A program made the position numbers and the translations under genes. DNA of 64,000 nucleotides. Origin: Bdellovibrionales bacterium. Lineage in GTDB: Bacteria; Bdellovibrionota; Bdellovibrionia; Bdellovibrionales; UBA1609. Every line of letters starts with the position of its first letter. Position 1 is the first letter of the stretch. This document shows, in pieces, positions 9,972 to 17,020 of the stretch. Where the stretch lies: positions 1,089,266-1,153,265 of the forward strand of contig OZ240230.1 of NCBI GenBank assembly GCA_965197855.1, in the 5' to 3' direction. The notes beneath the pieces are model-generated. The model searched no databases and had not been told where the DNA came from. It saw only the letters and a list, made by a program, of their open reading frames with translations.

Positions 9972-11096
9972 CTAATAATTAAAGATGATCATAGCGTAAA
10001 GTCCATGACCTGAAAAATGAATATTATTATTTTGGACTTCTTTTGGAGCAGAAAATACTCCAAAATTGAACATCCAATCGTTGTAAGATCTATTCCAGCT
10101 TAGATAGTGAATACTTTGTTTTTGTTCCCATAAATACATTTCAAGGAAGGAAATTGAATCCAGGACACTTATAGGATAACTAAGTTGAATGGCGCTCGTG
10201 TGCGATACTCTATTCCATTTTAAAATGCTCTTTTTGAAGTTTGTTATCAGATGCTCCACAGTTATATGTAATCCATTGCCAATTCCAAAGGTGTAGTCAG
10301 CGCCTACAGTGCAGGATTCAAACCATTTGCTTTGAAGTTCTGGGTTGGCGCCCTGATTAATAAGAACATATTCGTACCAAAGCCCAATATCCAAATCAAA
10401 TTTTCCATCAATAGCATATCTCGTTTCTATAGGACTTGCTGTACTTGATTTTTGTTTTAATTTTATATTTTCTGTTTTACGTCCATGCATACTGAATCCC
10501 AATTCTCCATTTTTTAATGGATATTGTATTCTTGCCCCAAATTCCGGTGTGTCTTCTTGAGTCGCAATCCATTCATATCCTTTAGGGTCTTTATTTCCAT
10601 ATAGACTCCAAATCCAAATATTCGCATTATTCATAAAAAAATACCGATATCTGATTCCAATAACTCCTTCAGTGAGTTGGAGTGGATCCGTTGGGTTTAT
10701 TTGATCAAACCACATGAGTGACCGTAATATAATGGCAGGCCCGAAGTTTATTTTTTGAAGTCCAACTCTCAGATCACTATGTGCAGTTTTTAGCTGTGTA
10801 TTGAGTCTATATATGTTTGTTTTTGCACAATAATTATTAGAAGTACAATCCTCCATCTTTCCATAAAAAATATTAGCGGAAGCATTTATATCCCAGAGAT
10901 AATTTTCTAAAAATTTATATTTTAGTGTTAACTCAGGGATATATTGCAGAGACGGTTGATGGTTCCATTGTTTTGAGACTTGATTTCCGATGTATGAAAG
11001 AGAAAGTTGTCCTTTACTTTCTTTAACAAGTTCAGCTGTTCCTGTTATGGGCATTACAATAATAAGGGATATGGCCAGAGGGATTATTGCTTTCAT
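9972..11096 (-). CDS. Putative outer-membrane beta-barrel protein (first gene of the cassette)
   Basis: The track ORF extends to 11162, but that extension reads through the repeat. Met at 11096 gives a signal peptide (MKAIIPLAISLIIVMPITGTAEL). The body has alternating amphipathic strands and ends ...YAMIIFNY (aromatic C-terminus). Confidence 0.5.
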   Translation of the reverse strand: MKAIIPLAISLIIVMPITGTAELVKESKGQLSLSYIGNQVSKQWNHQPSLQYIPELTLKYKFLENYLWDINASANIFYGKMEDCTSNNYCAKTNIYRLNTQLKTAHSDLRVGLQKINFGPAIILRSLMWFDQINPTDPLQLTEGVIGIRYRYFFMNNANIWIWSLYGNKDPKGYEWIATQEDTPEFGARIQYPLKNGELGFSMHGRKTENIKLKQKSSTASPIETRYAIDGKFDLDIGLWYEYVLINQGANPELQSKWFESCTVGADYTFGIGNGLHITVEHLITNFKKSILKWNRVSHTSAIQLSYPISVLDSISFLEMYLWEQKQSIHYLSWNRSYNDWMFNFGVFSAPKEVQNNNIHFSGHGLYAMIIFNY

Positions 11097-11103
11097 CTTT
11101 ACA

Positions 11104-11130
11104 TGCCCGCGGAGGGACTTGGTCACTACA
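11104..11130 (+). repeat. Right direct repeat of the cassette, containing an exact 18-nt duplicate of the tRNA-Leu 3' end
   Basis: TGCCCGCGGAGGGACTTG at 11104..11121 is identical to 11308..11325, the tRNA T-loop to discriminator read on the plus strand. AGGGACTTGGTCACTACA at 11113..11130 is identical to 5963..5980. Confidence 0.8.
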
Positions 11131-11177
11131 GTTGTTCGCTTCACGCTCACTCCTTGCGTCACCTCACTTCGCTCGCT

Positions 11178-11200
11178 CAGAAAATCATCCGGATTTTCTG
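11178..11200. repeat. Perfect 9-bp hairpin inside a partial repeat-family copy
   Basis: CAGAAAATC-ATCCG-GATTTTCTG. It is preceded by TCACCTCACTTCGCTCGCTCAG, which resembles GCACCTCAACCACTTCGCTCCTGCG of the 21.6-kb copy. Confidence 0.45.
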
Positions 11201-11307
11201 CTTTGTATTGAGTGTTTTCACACTTAACACAAATCGTTCGCTCATTTCAAGTCCCAGGTAATGAAAAAATAAAAAATCACTTTTGCAGGTAGTCTTTTAT
11301 TTTTTAT

Positions 11308-11389
11308 TGCCCGCGGAGGGACTTGAACCCCCACACCTTGCGGTACTAGATCCTAAGTCTAGCGCGTCTGCCAATTCCGCCACGCGGGC
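11308..11389 (-). tRNA. tRNA-Leu (anticodon UAG)
   Basis: Reverse complement: GCCCGCGTGGCGGAATTGGCAGACGCGCTAGACTTAGGATCTAGTACCGCAAGGTGTGGGGGTTCAAGTCCCTCCGCGGGCA. It has a 7-bp acceptor stem, an anticodon stem CTAGA/TCTAG with loop CTTAGGA, a long variable arm and a TTCAAGT T-loop. CCA is not encoded. Confidence 0.9.
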
Positions 11390-11397
11390 TTTAATTT

Positions 11398-11847
11398 TCA
11401 AGATAAGGCTTCCAATTCTTTCTCAATAAATTTCTTATAACTAGCAGGGTCCATTAATTGAGCTAGATCATTTTCGCGACTCATCTCAATTCGAATGAGC
11501 CAACCTTCACTCATAGGGTGATCACTAATTAAACCAGGAGAGAGACTGCTATTAACTTCCACAACTTCTCCAGAAACCGGAACATATAAATCACTGACAT
11601 GTTTGTTGCTTTCCACTAATCCAAACACTTGCGTTCTTTCTAAAATTTGACCTTTTTGCGGCAATTTCCAACTGACAAGTTCACCCAGTTGATCTTGAGC
11701 AAAATATGTAATGCCCACAGTCACTACATTTTTATCTTCCAAAGACACCCATTCATGAGTGTTGGTATAATAAAAACTGTCTGTAGGAACAATCAACCTT
11801 CTTGGCATATCCAAATCATTATCATTCATAAAAAGAGCCTCCTTCAT
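11398..11847 (-). CDS. gcvH: Glycine cleavage system protein H
   Basis: Motifs YYTNTHEWV, GITYFAQDQLGELV and VESNKHVSDLYVPVSGEVVEVN (lipoyl-Lys region) are present. The true start may be an internal Met (MPRRLIVP...) near 11808. Confidence 0.85.
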   Translation of the reverse strand: MKEALFMNDNDLDMPRRLIVPTDSFYYTNTHEWVSLEDKNVVTVGITYFAQDQLGELVSWKLPQKGQILERTQVFGLVESNKHVSDLYVPVSGEVVEVNSSLSPGLISDHPMSEGWLIRIEMSRENDLAQLMDPASYKKFIEKELEALS

Positions 11848-11917
11848 ATTAAAGTAGAAGTTTTAGCAAAGAAATTTCACTTATTCAAAACATAAAAAGA
11901 CAGTTTAAAAAACAAAG

Positions 11918-12979
11918 TTAATTTTTTGTATAAAAAGGGGTGGGGACCACTTGAGAGGGAACTAAATTTCCATGAATTTGCACAAAAAAACGGCTTCCCG
12001 ACTGAGAGAAATCTTTTTCAATTAAAGTAAGCCCTATCATTTTCTCCAAGGAAGGGGACAAAGCTCCGCTGGTTACATGCCCTATCAACTCTTTATTTTT
12101 GGAAAAGAGAGAATAAGAGTGTCTAGGAATTCCCGATTTTTCTAAAACTTCAAAACCCACCCACTTTCTTTGAGTTTCTTTGAGACAAGCTGTTTTTCCA
12201 ATAAAAGCAGATTTGTTTTTACAAGCCCAGCTTAAACCCATTTCATATGGAGACACTGTTTCATCCATGTCAGGGCCGTAAAGAGGATATTTCATTTCTA
12301 AACGCAAGGTGTCTCTCGCGGCTAAGCCTATCGGTTTTACTTTTAAATTAAGAAGTTCTTCCCAAAGATTTGAAACTTGATCATAAGGAGATAAAATTTC
12401 AAATCCATCCTCTCCAGTGTAACCGGTGCGGGAAATAAGGTGCATGCCTCCAAGGAAATTGAAAAATTGAAATTGAAATCTTTTTAAGTTTACTGATTGA
12501 AAAATTTTTTCTATCAATATTTTTGCATCAGGCCCTTGTATGGCAATTTGTCCCCACTTTTTACTCACATCCTCTATAGAAATACTTGTAAATGCCTTCA
12601 TCCATTTTAATATTTTACTCATATTACCAGCGTTTACACATATAAGATAATCTGAAGGTTTTTTGAGACAATAAAGAATCATATCATCCAAAATACCCCC
12701 TTGTTCATTGCACATAAGTGTATATTGACAATGATTTTCTCTTAAATCCTGAATGTTATTAGTTACAATAGAGGAGAGAAACTCCAGAGCTTGAGGGTCT
12801 TGGACACGGATTTCTCCCATATGGGAGACATCAAAAATTCCTGCGGTTTTTCTAACAGATAAATGTTCTTCTCTTGCATTTGAAAATTCCAGAGGCATTT
12901 TCCAGCCCGCAAAGGGAACTATTTTAGCTCCAAGCTTTTTATGACTTTCAAAAAGAGGCGTGGTTTTCAGTTCATTCAT
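11918..12979 (-). CDS. gcvT: Glycine cleavage system aminomethyltransferase T
   Basis: 353 aa. MNELKTTPLFESHKKLGAKIVPFAGWKMPLEF... and GIFDVSHMGEIRV are classic GcvT motifs. Confidence 0.9.
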   Translation of the reverse strand: MNELKTTPLFESHKKLGAKIVPFAGWKMPLEFSNAREEHLSVRKTAGIFDVSHMGEIRVQDPQALEFLSSIVTNNIQDLRENHCQYTLMCNEQGGILDDMILYCLKKPSDYLICVNAGNMSKILKWMKAFTSISIEDVSKKWGQIAIQGPDAKILIEKIFQSVNLKRFQFQFFNFLGGMHLISRTGYTGEDGFEILSPYDQVSNLWEELLNLKVKPIGLAARDTLRLEMKYPLYGPDMDETVSPYEMGLSWACKNKSAFIGKTACLKETQRKWVGFEVLEKSGIPRHSYSLFSKNKELIGHVTSGALSPSLEKMIGLTLIEKDFSQSGSRFFVQIHGNLVPSQVVPTPFYTKN

Positions 12980-12989
12980 AATTGGAGTA

Positions 12990-13169
12990 TTATGCGTCTT
13001 TCTTTTTCTTTTTTAGATGCACGTATGTTTCTAAAGCGACTGCATAAGCTTCTTCTCGAAGAGAATATGTGTTAATAGTTTTATATAATTCCACTAACTT
13101 TGGAATTCTTCGAATTTGTGATTTTGTCAGCTTGACTGATTGAGGTTTTTCGGTTTTCTTCTTTTTCAT
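12990..13169 (-). CDS. Small basic protein (59 aa), possible ribbon-helix-helix-like; not in the ORF track
   Basis: Translates MKKKKTEKPQSVKLTKSQIRRIPKLVELYKTINTYSLREEAYAVALETYVHLKKKKKDA*. Its stop lies 10 nt upstream of the gcvT ATG on the same strand. No clear SD. Confidence 0.3.
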   Translation of the reverse strand: MKKKKTEKPQSVKLTKSQIRRIPKLVELYKTINTYSLREEAYAVALETYVHLKKKKKDA

Positions 13170-13238
13170 ATCTAAGACTTAATCAGTTTTATGTAAAGGG
13201 TCAAGAAATCAGAGAAAATTGTTTGATAGGGATTTAAA

Positions 13239-14105
13239 ATGAAGAGAATGGATGGCAAGATAGTTGCTCAAACTTTGAAAGATCAAGTTACACAAGAAGT
13301 GCAGGGATTGAAAAAACAAGGGATTCATCCTAGCTTATGTGTGCTTTTGGCAGGGGACAATCCCGCAAGCGAAATTTATGTGAAACGTAAAATGATGGCT
13401 TGTGACGAAGTGGGTATTCGTTCAAAACTTTTAAAGTTTCCAAAAGATGTGCCGCAGGAAGAGTTAGAGCAAACATTAGATTCATTAAACCAGGATGAGC
13501 AAGTGCATGGTATTTTAGTTCAACTCCCTCTACCGAAACATTTAGATCAAAAGACTGTGCTTTCTTATTTATCTTCAAAAAAAGATGTGGATGCATTGAC
13601 CACTGAAAGTGTGGGAGCTTTATGGTCCTCCTCCTCTCTTGTACATCCCTGCCCCTGTACTCCTAAAGGTATTATGGCAATGCTTGAATATTATCAGATT
13701 CCCCTCGAAGGCCGTCATGTGGTGGTGGTGGGTCGTAGTTTGATTGTGGGTCTTCCTATGGTTCAGCTGTTATTGAAAAAAAATGCCACAGTGACTGTTT
13801 GTCATTCCAAAACACCTTCTTTAAAAGAGCATACAAAGATGGCTGATGTGGTGATTGCAGCTTGTGGAAAACATCATTTGTTGAAAGCTCAGGATTTTAA
13901 AAAAGGTGCTGTGGTGATAGATGTGGGGATTCATAGAATTTCCAAAGAGGGTAAGACCATTCTGCAAGGAGATGTTTGTCCGGATGGCTTGGAAAATGTT
14001 TTGGATTATTTCAGTCCTGTGCCAGGGGGAGTAGGCCCGATGACCATTGCTGTCTTACTTCAAAATACAGTTCAGCTCGCTCGCCATTTTTTTGATTCAA
14101 AGTAG
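13239..14105 (+). CDS. folD: Bifunctional methylenetetrahydrofolate dehydrogenase/cyclohydrolase
   Basis: 288 aa. Motifs GDNPASEIYVKRK, GILVQLPLP, VVVVGRSLIVGLP and PVPGGVGPMTIA are present. Confidence 0.9.
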   Translation: MKRMDGKIVAQTLKDQVTQEVQGLKKQGIHPSLCVLLAGDNPASEIYVKRKMMACDEVGIRSKLLKFPKDVPQEELEQTLDSLNQDEQVHGILVQLPLPKHLDQKTVLSYLSSKKDVDALTTESVGALWSSSSLVHPCPCTPKGIMAMLEYYQIPLEGRHVVVVGRSLIVGLPMVQLLLKKNATVTVCHSKTPSLKEHTKMADVVIAACGKHHLLKAQDFKKGAVVIDVGIHRISKEGKTILQGDVCPDGLENVLDYFSPVPGGVGPMTIAVLLQNTVQLARHFFDSK

Positions 14106-14264
14106 GTTAACTCTTTTCAAAGTCAACTTAAGTCATTATGAACTTTTTTTTGTGTCGCGGCCCCCTCAAAGACAATCGGGAGTGAACAAAAACTTGAAGA
14201 AATATGGGGGTATAATAAATTCTATTCAAGTGATCTTGAACCTTAGAAAAAAAGGAGCTTTCTA

Positions 14265-15090
14265 ATGAAAAAAATTATTTTTGGTTTTAAAGTATTACTG
14301 CTTTCAGTTTTTGTATCGTCTCTATTCGGTTGTGTATCTTTTTATTTTTCCCGTCTTACAAAACCTCATACAGCTTGAACTCTTGGTGAAGGCAATAATG
14401 AGGTAGTTGTGTCAGTAGGTACTCTTGGTAAAGTAAAGAGTGTAAAAAAAGAAGAGACATTTTTTGTACGTCCATTCTCTCAATCACTGGAATAGAATAT
14501 ACAAGAGGACTTTCTGATCATTTTGATTTAGGAGTATTTGCCGAAATGCAATGGTGGGGAGAAATGCTTCCTCTTATTGGTTTGGAAGGAAAATATCAGT
14601 TCATTCAAAGTGAGCAACATACACTGTCTTTATTATTTGGTGCTGGATTTAATAAGGGGGATAATGAATATGGGGATGAGAAAGTCACTGATGATTCTCT
14701 GCTTGGTTATTTTAGTTATATCGGTCCTGTGTATAGTTTTAAGCCCAATGAAAAATATGAGCTGGCATTAAATGTTCGAATCAATCAAAGTTATTCAAAA
14801 TCAGCTAACCTTACATCAGTAGCTGTGGGAGAATTTGTAAATGCATTCAGGAATCATCCAAAAGAAATAGATGACGATGTAGATGTACGTTCTATTTCTC
14901 TTTTATATGGCTCGGCAAATATGTCTCATACATGGTGGATTGTACCTCGTTTTGGAACAACCCTCTAATACTATCTCCACTTTATGTCTTGGGTGAGAAT
15001 GGTGAATCCGATACAGATGAAGACGATTCCACAGAAAACTTAGGAGATCGTCTGGGTAAACTTGGTTTGAATTTTCATTTTAACTTTTAA
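14265..15090 (+). pseudogene. Disrupted outer-membrane lipoprotein/beta-barrel gene (two in-frame stops and at least two frameshifts)
   Basis: SD AAAGGAG (14251..14257) precedes ATG 14265, giving MKKIIFGFKVLLLSVFVSSLFGC (lipobox). There is an in-frame TGA at 14376..14378 and an in-frame TAG at 14493..14495. The body continues in a second frame (...TGIEYTRGLSDHFDLGVFAEMQWW..., track ORF 14546..14968). The C-terminal piece ...LGDRLGKLGLNFHFNF* (stop 15088..15090) is in a third frame and keeps a beta-signal-like aromatic terminus. Confidence 0.55.
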
Positions 15091-15124
15091 AAAGTGTGTG
15101 TGATTTACGTTACCTCTTTAACAA

Positions 15125-15224
15125 TGTCATCCTGACGAAAGTCAGGATCTCCCTCGTATACAACTGGATTCCGGCTTTCGCCGGAGCAAAGTGATGAGGT
15201 GCCAGCCGAAATCACTGAGCAAAA
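15125..15224 (-). repeat. Full two-hairpin GATGAC repeat element (inverted orientation)
   Basis: The reverse complement aligns along about 100 nt with 21590..21693. Hairpins are ATCCTGAC-GAAA-GTCAGGAT (15129..15148) and TCCGG-CTTTCG-CCGGA (15170..15185). Confidence 0.7.
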
Positions 15225-15582
15225 GTATACCTGAATTGTAAATGTTCACTAAGTTGCTGACAGAACAGCAGGTATGATTTTTATTGAAGATTGAGTTGAA
15301 AGGCTGTGTGAATAAGACTTCAAGTGAGTTCGGCTTTGAGGCTGAGCGACAGGAAGTCCGCTCTGCTGCAAAACGCATGTTTGAAATTTGCATGGCTTGT
15401 TCGCACAGCCTTTCTTCATAATTTTGTCAGTATAAGATCTAAAATGACCATTATTGGTCGCTTATGATCAAAAGTGGTTCTAATCACTGCTCAAAATCAT
15501 CATTTTGTCTCTTTATAGGTGCCCCTGATTTTGCATGTATGTTTTTCAGAAACATATGAACAAATTCAAAAGGGGGCATCTT

Positions 15583-15834
15583 ATGAAGAAAAAAAGAGGA
15601 CAGGGGTTGATCGAATACCTGATCTTAGTGACTTTAATGGCTGTGGCTACCATTAGCATTGTACGGGTTTTAAATCAAACAGTGAAATCTCGTTTTGCCA
15701 ATGCCATTCACGCTCTGCAAGGCACTAATAAAAGAGTCAAGACAGACTCAGTGAAAAGTTCAGACTATCAAAAAAGTGATTTGAGTGATTTTATGAATGG
15801 AGCGGCCAGTGAACCCAAAACTAAGAAAAAATAA
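15583..15834 (+). CDS. flp: Flp-family type IVb pilin (long C-terminal tail)
   Basis: The track ORF starts at 15535. ATG 15583 has AAGGGGG 6 nt upstream. The N-terminus MKKKRG/QGLIEYLILVTLMAVATISIV fits the Flp G/XXXXEY processing motif followed by a hydrophobic helix. Confidence 0.7.
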   Translation: MKKKRGQGLIEYLILVTLMAVATISIVRVLNQTVKSRFANAIHALQGTNKRVKTDSVKSSDYQKSDLSDFMNGAASEPKTKKK

Positions 15835-16168
15835 TAAAAAAGGACAAGCTATTTTGGAATTTATTGTTCTGCTTTCTATTTATGTATTTGTTATTTTTTC
15901 TGTTTTTCAAATCTCATGGCTTTTGGGAGTTCGCTCCTATTTCAATCAGCAACTTTATGAATCTCTTTTTTGCATGGCTAAAGGTAATGCAGAGGCTCAC
16001 TGCGAAAAAGAGATAAGGAGGAAAAGTAGTTTTGTTTTATTTTGGGGAGAGATTAAAAATATTCATCTGAAAGGAGATAAGAGGAAATGGACAGGTTCTG
16101 TGGAAATTCAGCCTTGGAATATAAAGTTAAAAAGAATACTTCAAATCCCAGAGGATTTATTACAATGA
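15797..16168 (+). CDS. TadE-like pseudopilin (G/XXXXEF class-III signal)
   Basis: ...KNNKKG/QAILEFIVLLSIYVFVIF. An alternative start at GTG 15809 has GGAG 6 nt upstream. The gene overlaps the flp 3' end. Confidence 0.55.
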   Translation: MERPVNPKLRKNNKKGQAILEFIVLLSIYVFVIFSVFQISWLLGVRSYFNQQLYESLFCMAKGNAEAHCEKEIRRKSSFVLFWGEIKNIHLKGDKRKWTGSVEIQPWNIKLKRILQIPEDLLQ

Positions 16169-16818
16169 CATTATTAATACTATCTCCTTTATTTATTTCT
16201 ATATTTCTTTTGTCATTTTCATTTTTATTGGTGCTAAAGAGGCATAATCAAGCTTATTTTCTATGTTATAAAACAGGTGCAAAAATACAAAAGTCTCTTC
16301 AAGGTTCTTTGAAAAAATTAATCCGTATGAATATACAAGCGAAACTCTTACGAATCAGAAGAAATATTGCAGAGCTTAGATATAAATCTGCTGTCATGTC
16401 TTTAGAGCCGATAAATATATCAAAGGCCTGGAAGAATTTACAGGAAGTTAAGCTTTCACAAAAATCTTTTTCCAAAAAACAAGAGGGTATTTTACAACAG
16501 GCAAAAATCAGCCTTCAAGCTCAATGGCAGGTTTTTAAATTAAAATCCAAAAAATATATGCATCGAGTGAGAAAAACATTTACTTTGCCACCGCTGGCTG
16601 TTCGTAAAGAACCTACTTCCAGTGATTCTCCTGACTATGTGCCAGTTCAAAATTTTTCTAAAAATCAGAATATAAAAATTTCATGGAGTATGAATGGGTT
16701 TGCTTTAGTTCCTCAGTCATTACAAAAATACTTAGGGTTAAAGGGGAGTTCTCATCATCATTGTTCTGTGAGTTTAGATGATTTAAAAGACAGTTTTCAA
16801 ATTAAATTGATAAAGTAA
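16165..16818 (+). CDS. Membrane-anchored hypothetical protein of the Flp cluster (possible TadG-like)
   Basis: ATG 16165 forms an ATGA overlap with the upstream stop. N-terminal TM segment MTLLILSPLFISIFLLSFSFLLVL. The rest is Lys/Gln-rich with no recognisable motif. Confidence 0.4.
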   Translation: MTLLILSPLFISIFLLSFSFLLVLKRHNQAYFLCYKTGAKIQKSLQGSLKKLIRMNIQAKLLRIRRNIAELRYKSAVMSLEPINISKAWKNLQEVKLSQKSFSKKQEGILQQAKISLQAQWQVFKLKSKKYMHRVRKTFTLPPLAVRKEPTSSDSPDYVPVQNFSKNQNIKISWSMNGFALVPQSLQKYLGLKGSSHHHCSVSLDDLKDSFQIKLIK

Positions 16819-16840
16819 TTTTTTTTTAAAAGGAGGTCGT

Positions 16841-17020
16841 ATGAATAATAATAGAAAAAAAAGAGGCCAGGTAGTTATCGAGTTTATATGGATGATTATT
16901 TTTATCTTTGGTTTTCTCTCTTCGATTTTTTACTTGTATGATAAATCCGGAAAAGAAATTAAAAAGTATGAAATGGGTCGAAATGTGAATTATGGTTCAA
17001 CCAGCATTTTCTCTCATTAA
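16841..17020 (+). CDS. Second TadE-like mini-pseudopilin (59 aa; below the ORF-track cutoff)
   Basis: AGGAGG at 16831..16836 lies 4 nt upstream of ATG 16841. Translates MNNNRKKRG/QVVIEFIWMIIFIFGFLSSIFYLYDKSGKEIKKYEMGRNVNYGSTSIFSH*, with stop TAA at 17018..17020. Confidence 0.6.
   Translation: MNNNRKKRGQVVIEFIWMIIFIFGFLSSIFYLYDKSGKEIKKYEMGRNVNYGSTSIFSH

Noticed and set aside
11097-11162. N-terminal extensions suggested by the ORF track for 9972..11162. The same issue arises at 29738..29827 (phoB), 17374..17463, 51129..51161, 1899..1964 (purS) and 15535..15582 (flp).
   Set aside because: In each case the extension lacks family similarity or runs through a repeat or an upstream gene. An internal start gives a proper signal peptide, domain boundary or SD.
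12980-13238. A glycine riboswitch upstream of gcvT.
   Set aside because: I found none of the conserved glycine-riboswitch core strings (for example the paired GGAGAG...CACCG...ACCGAAGGGGCAA-type elements). The region is AT-rich and mostly occupied by a small ORF.
14376-14378. The in-frame TGA in the lipoprotein gene as possible stop-codon reassignment (code 4 or 25) or selenocysteine.
   Set aside because: TGA terminates well-supported genes in this window (purB, alkaline phosphatase, pilB, gldG-like). The same gene also contains an in-frame TAG and frameshifts. No SECIS-like context was evident. A pseudogene is the simpler reading.
15142-15393. An 83-aa minus-strand ORF.
   Set aside because: It reads through the GATGAC repeat element and the inverted-repeat region. 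It has no SD, signal or motif. Repeat elements of this type typically create spurious ORFs.
15518-15535. A sigma-54 promoter upstream of flp (GGTGCCCCTGATTTTGCA).
   Set aside because: The GG-to-GC spacing is 3 nt longer than the strict -24/-12 spacing of GG-N10-GC.
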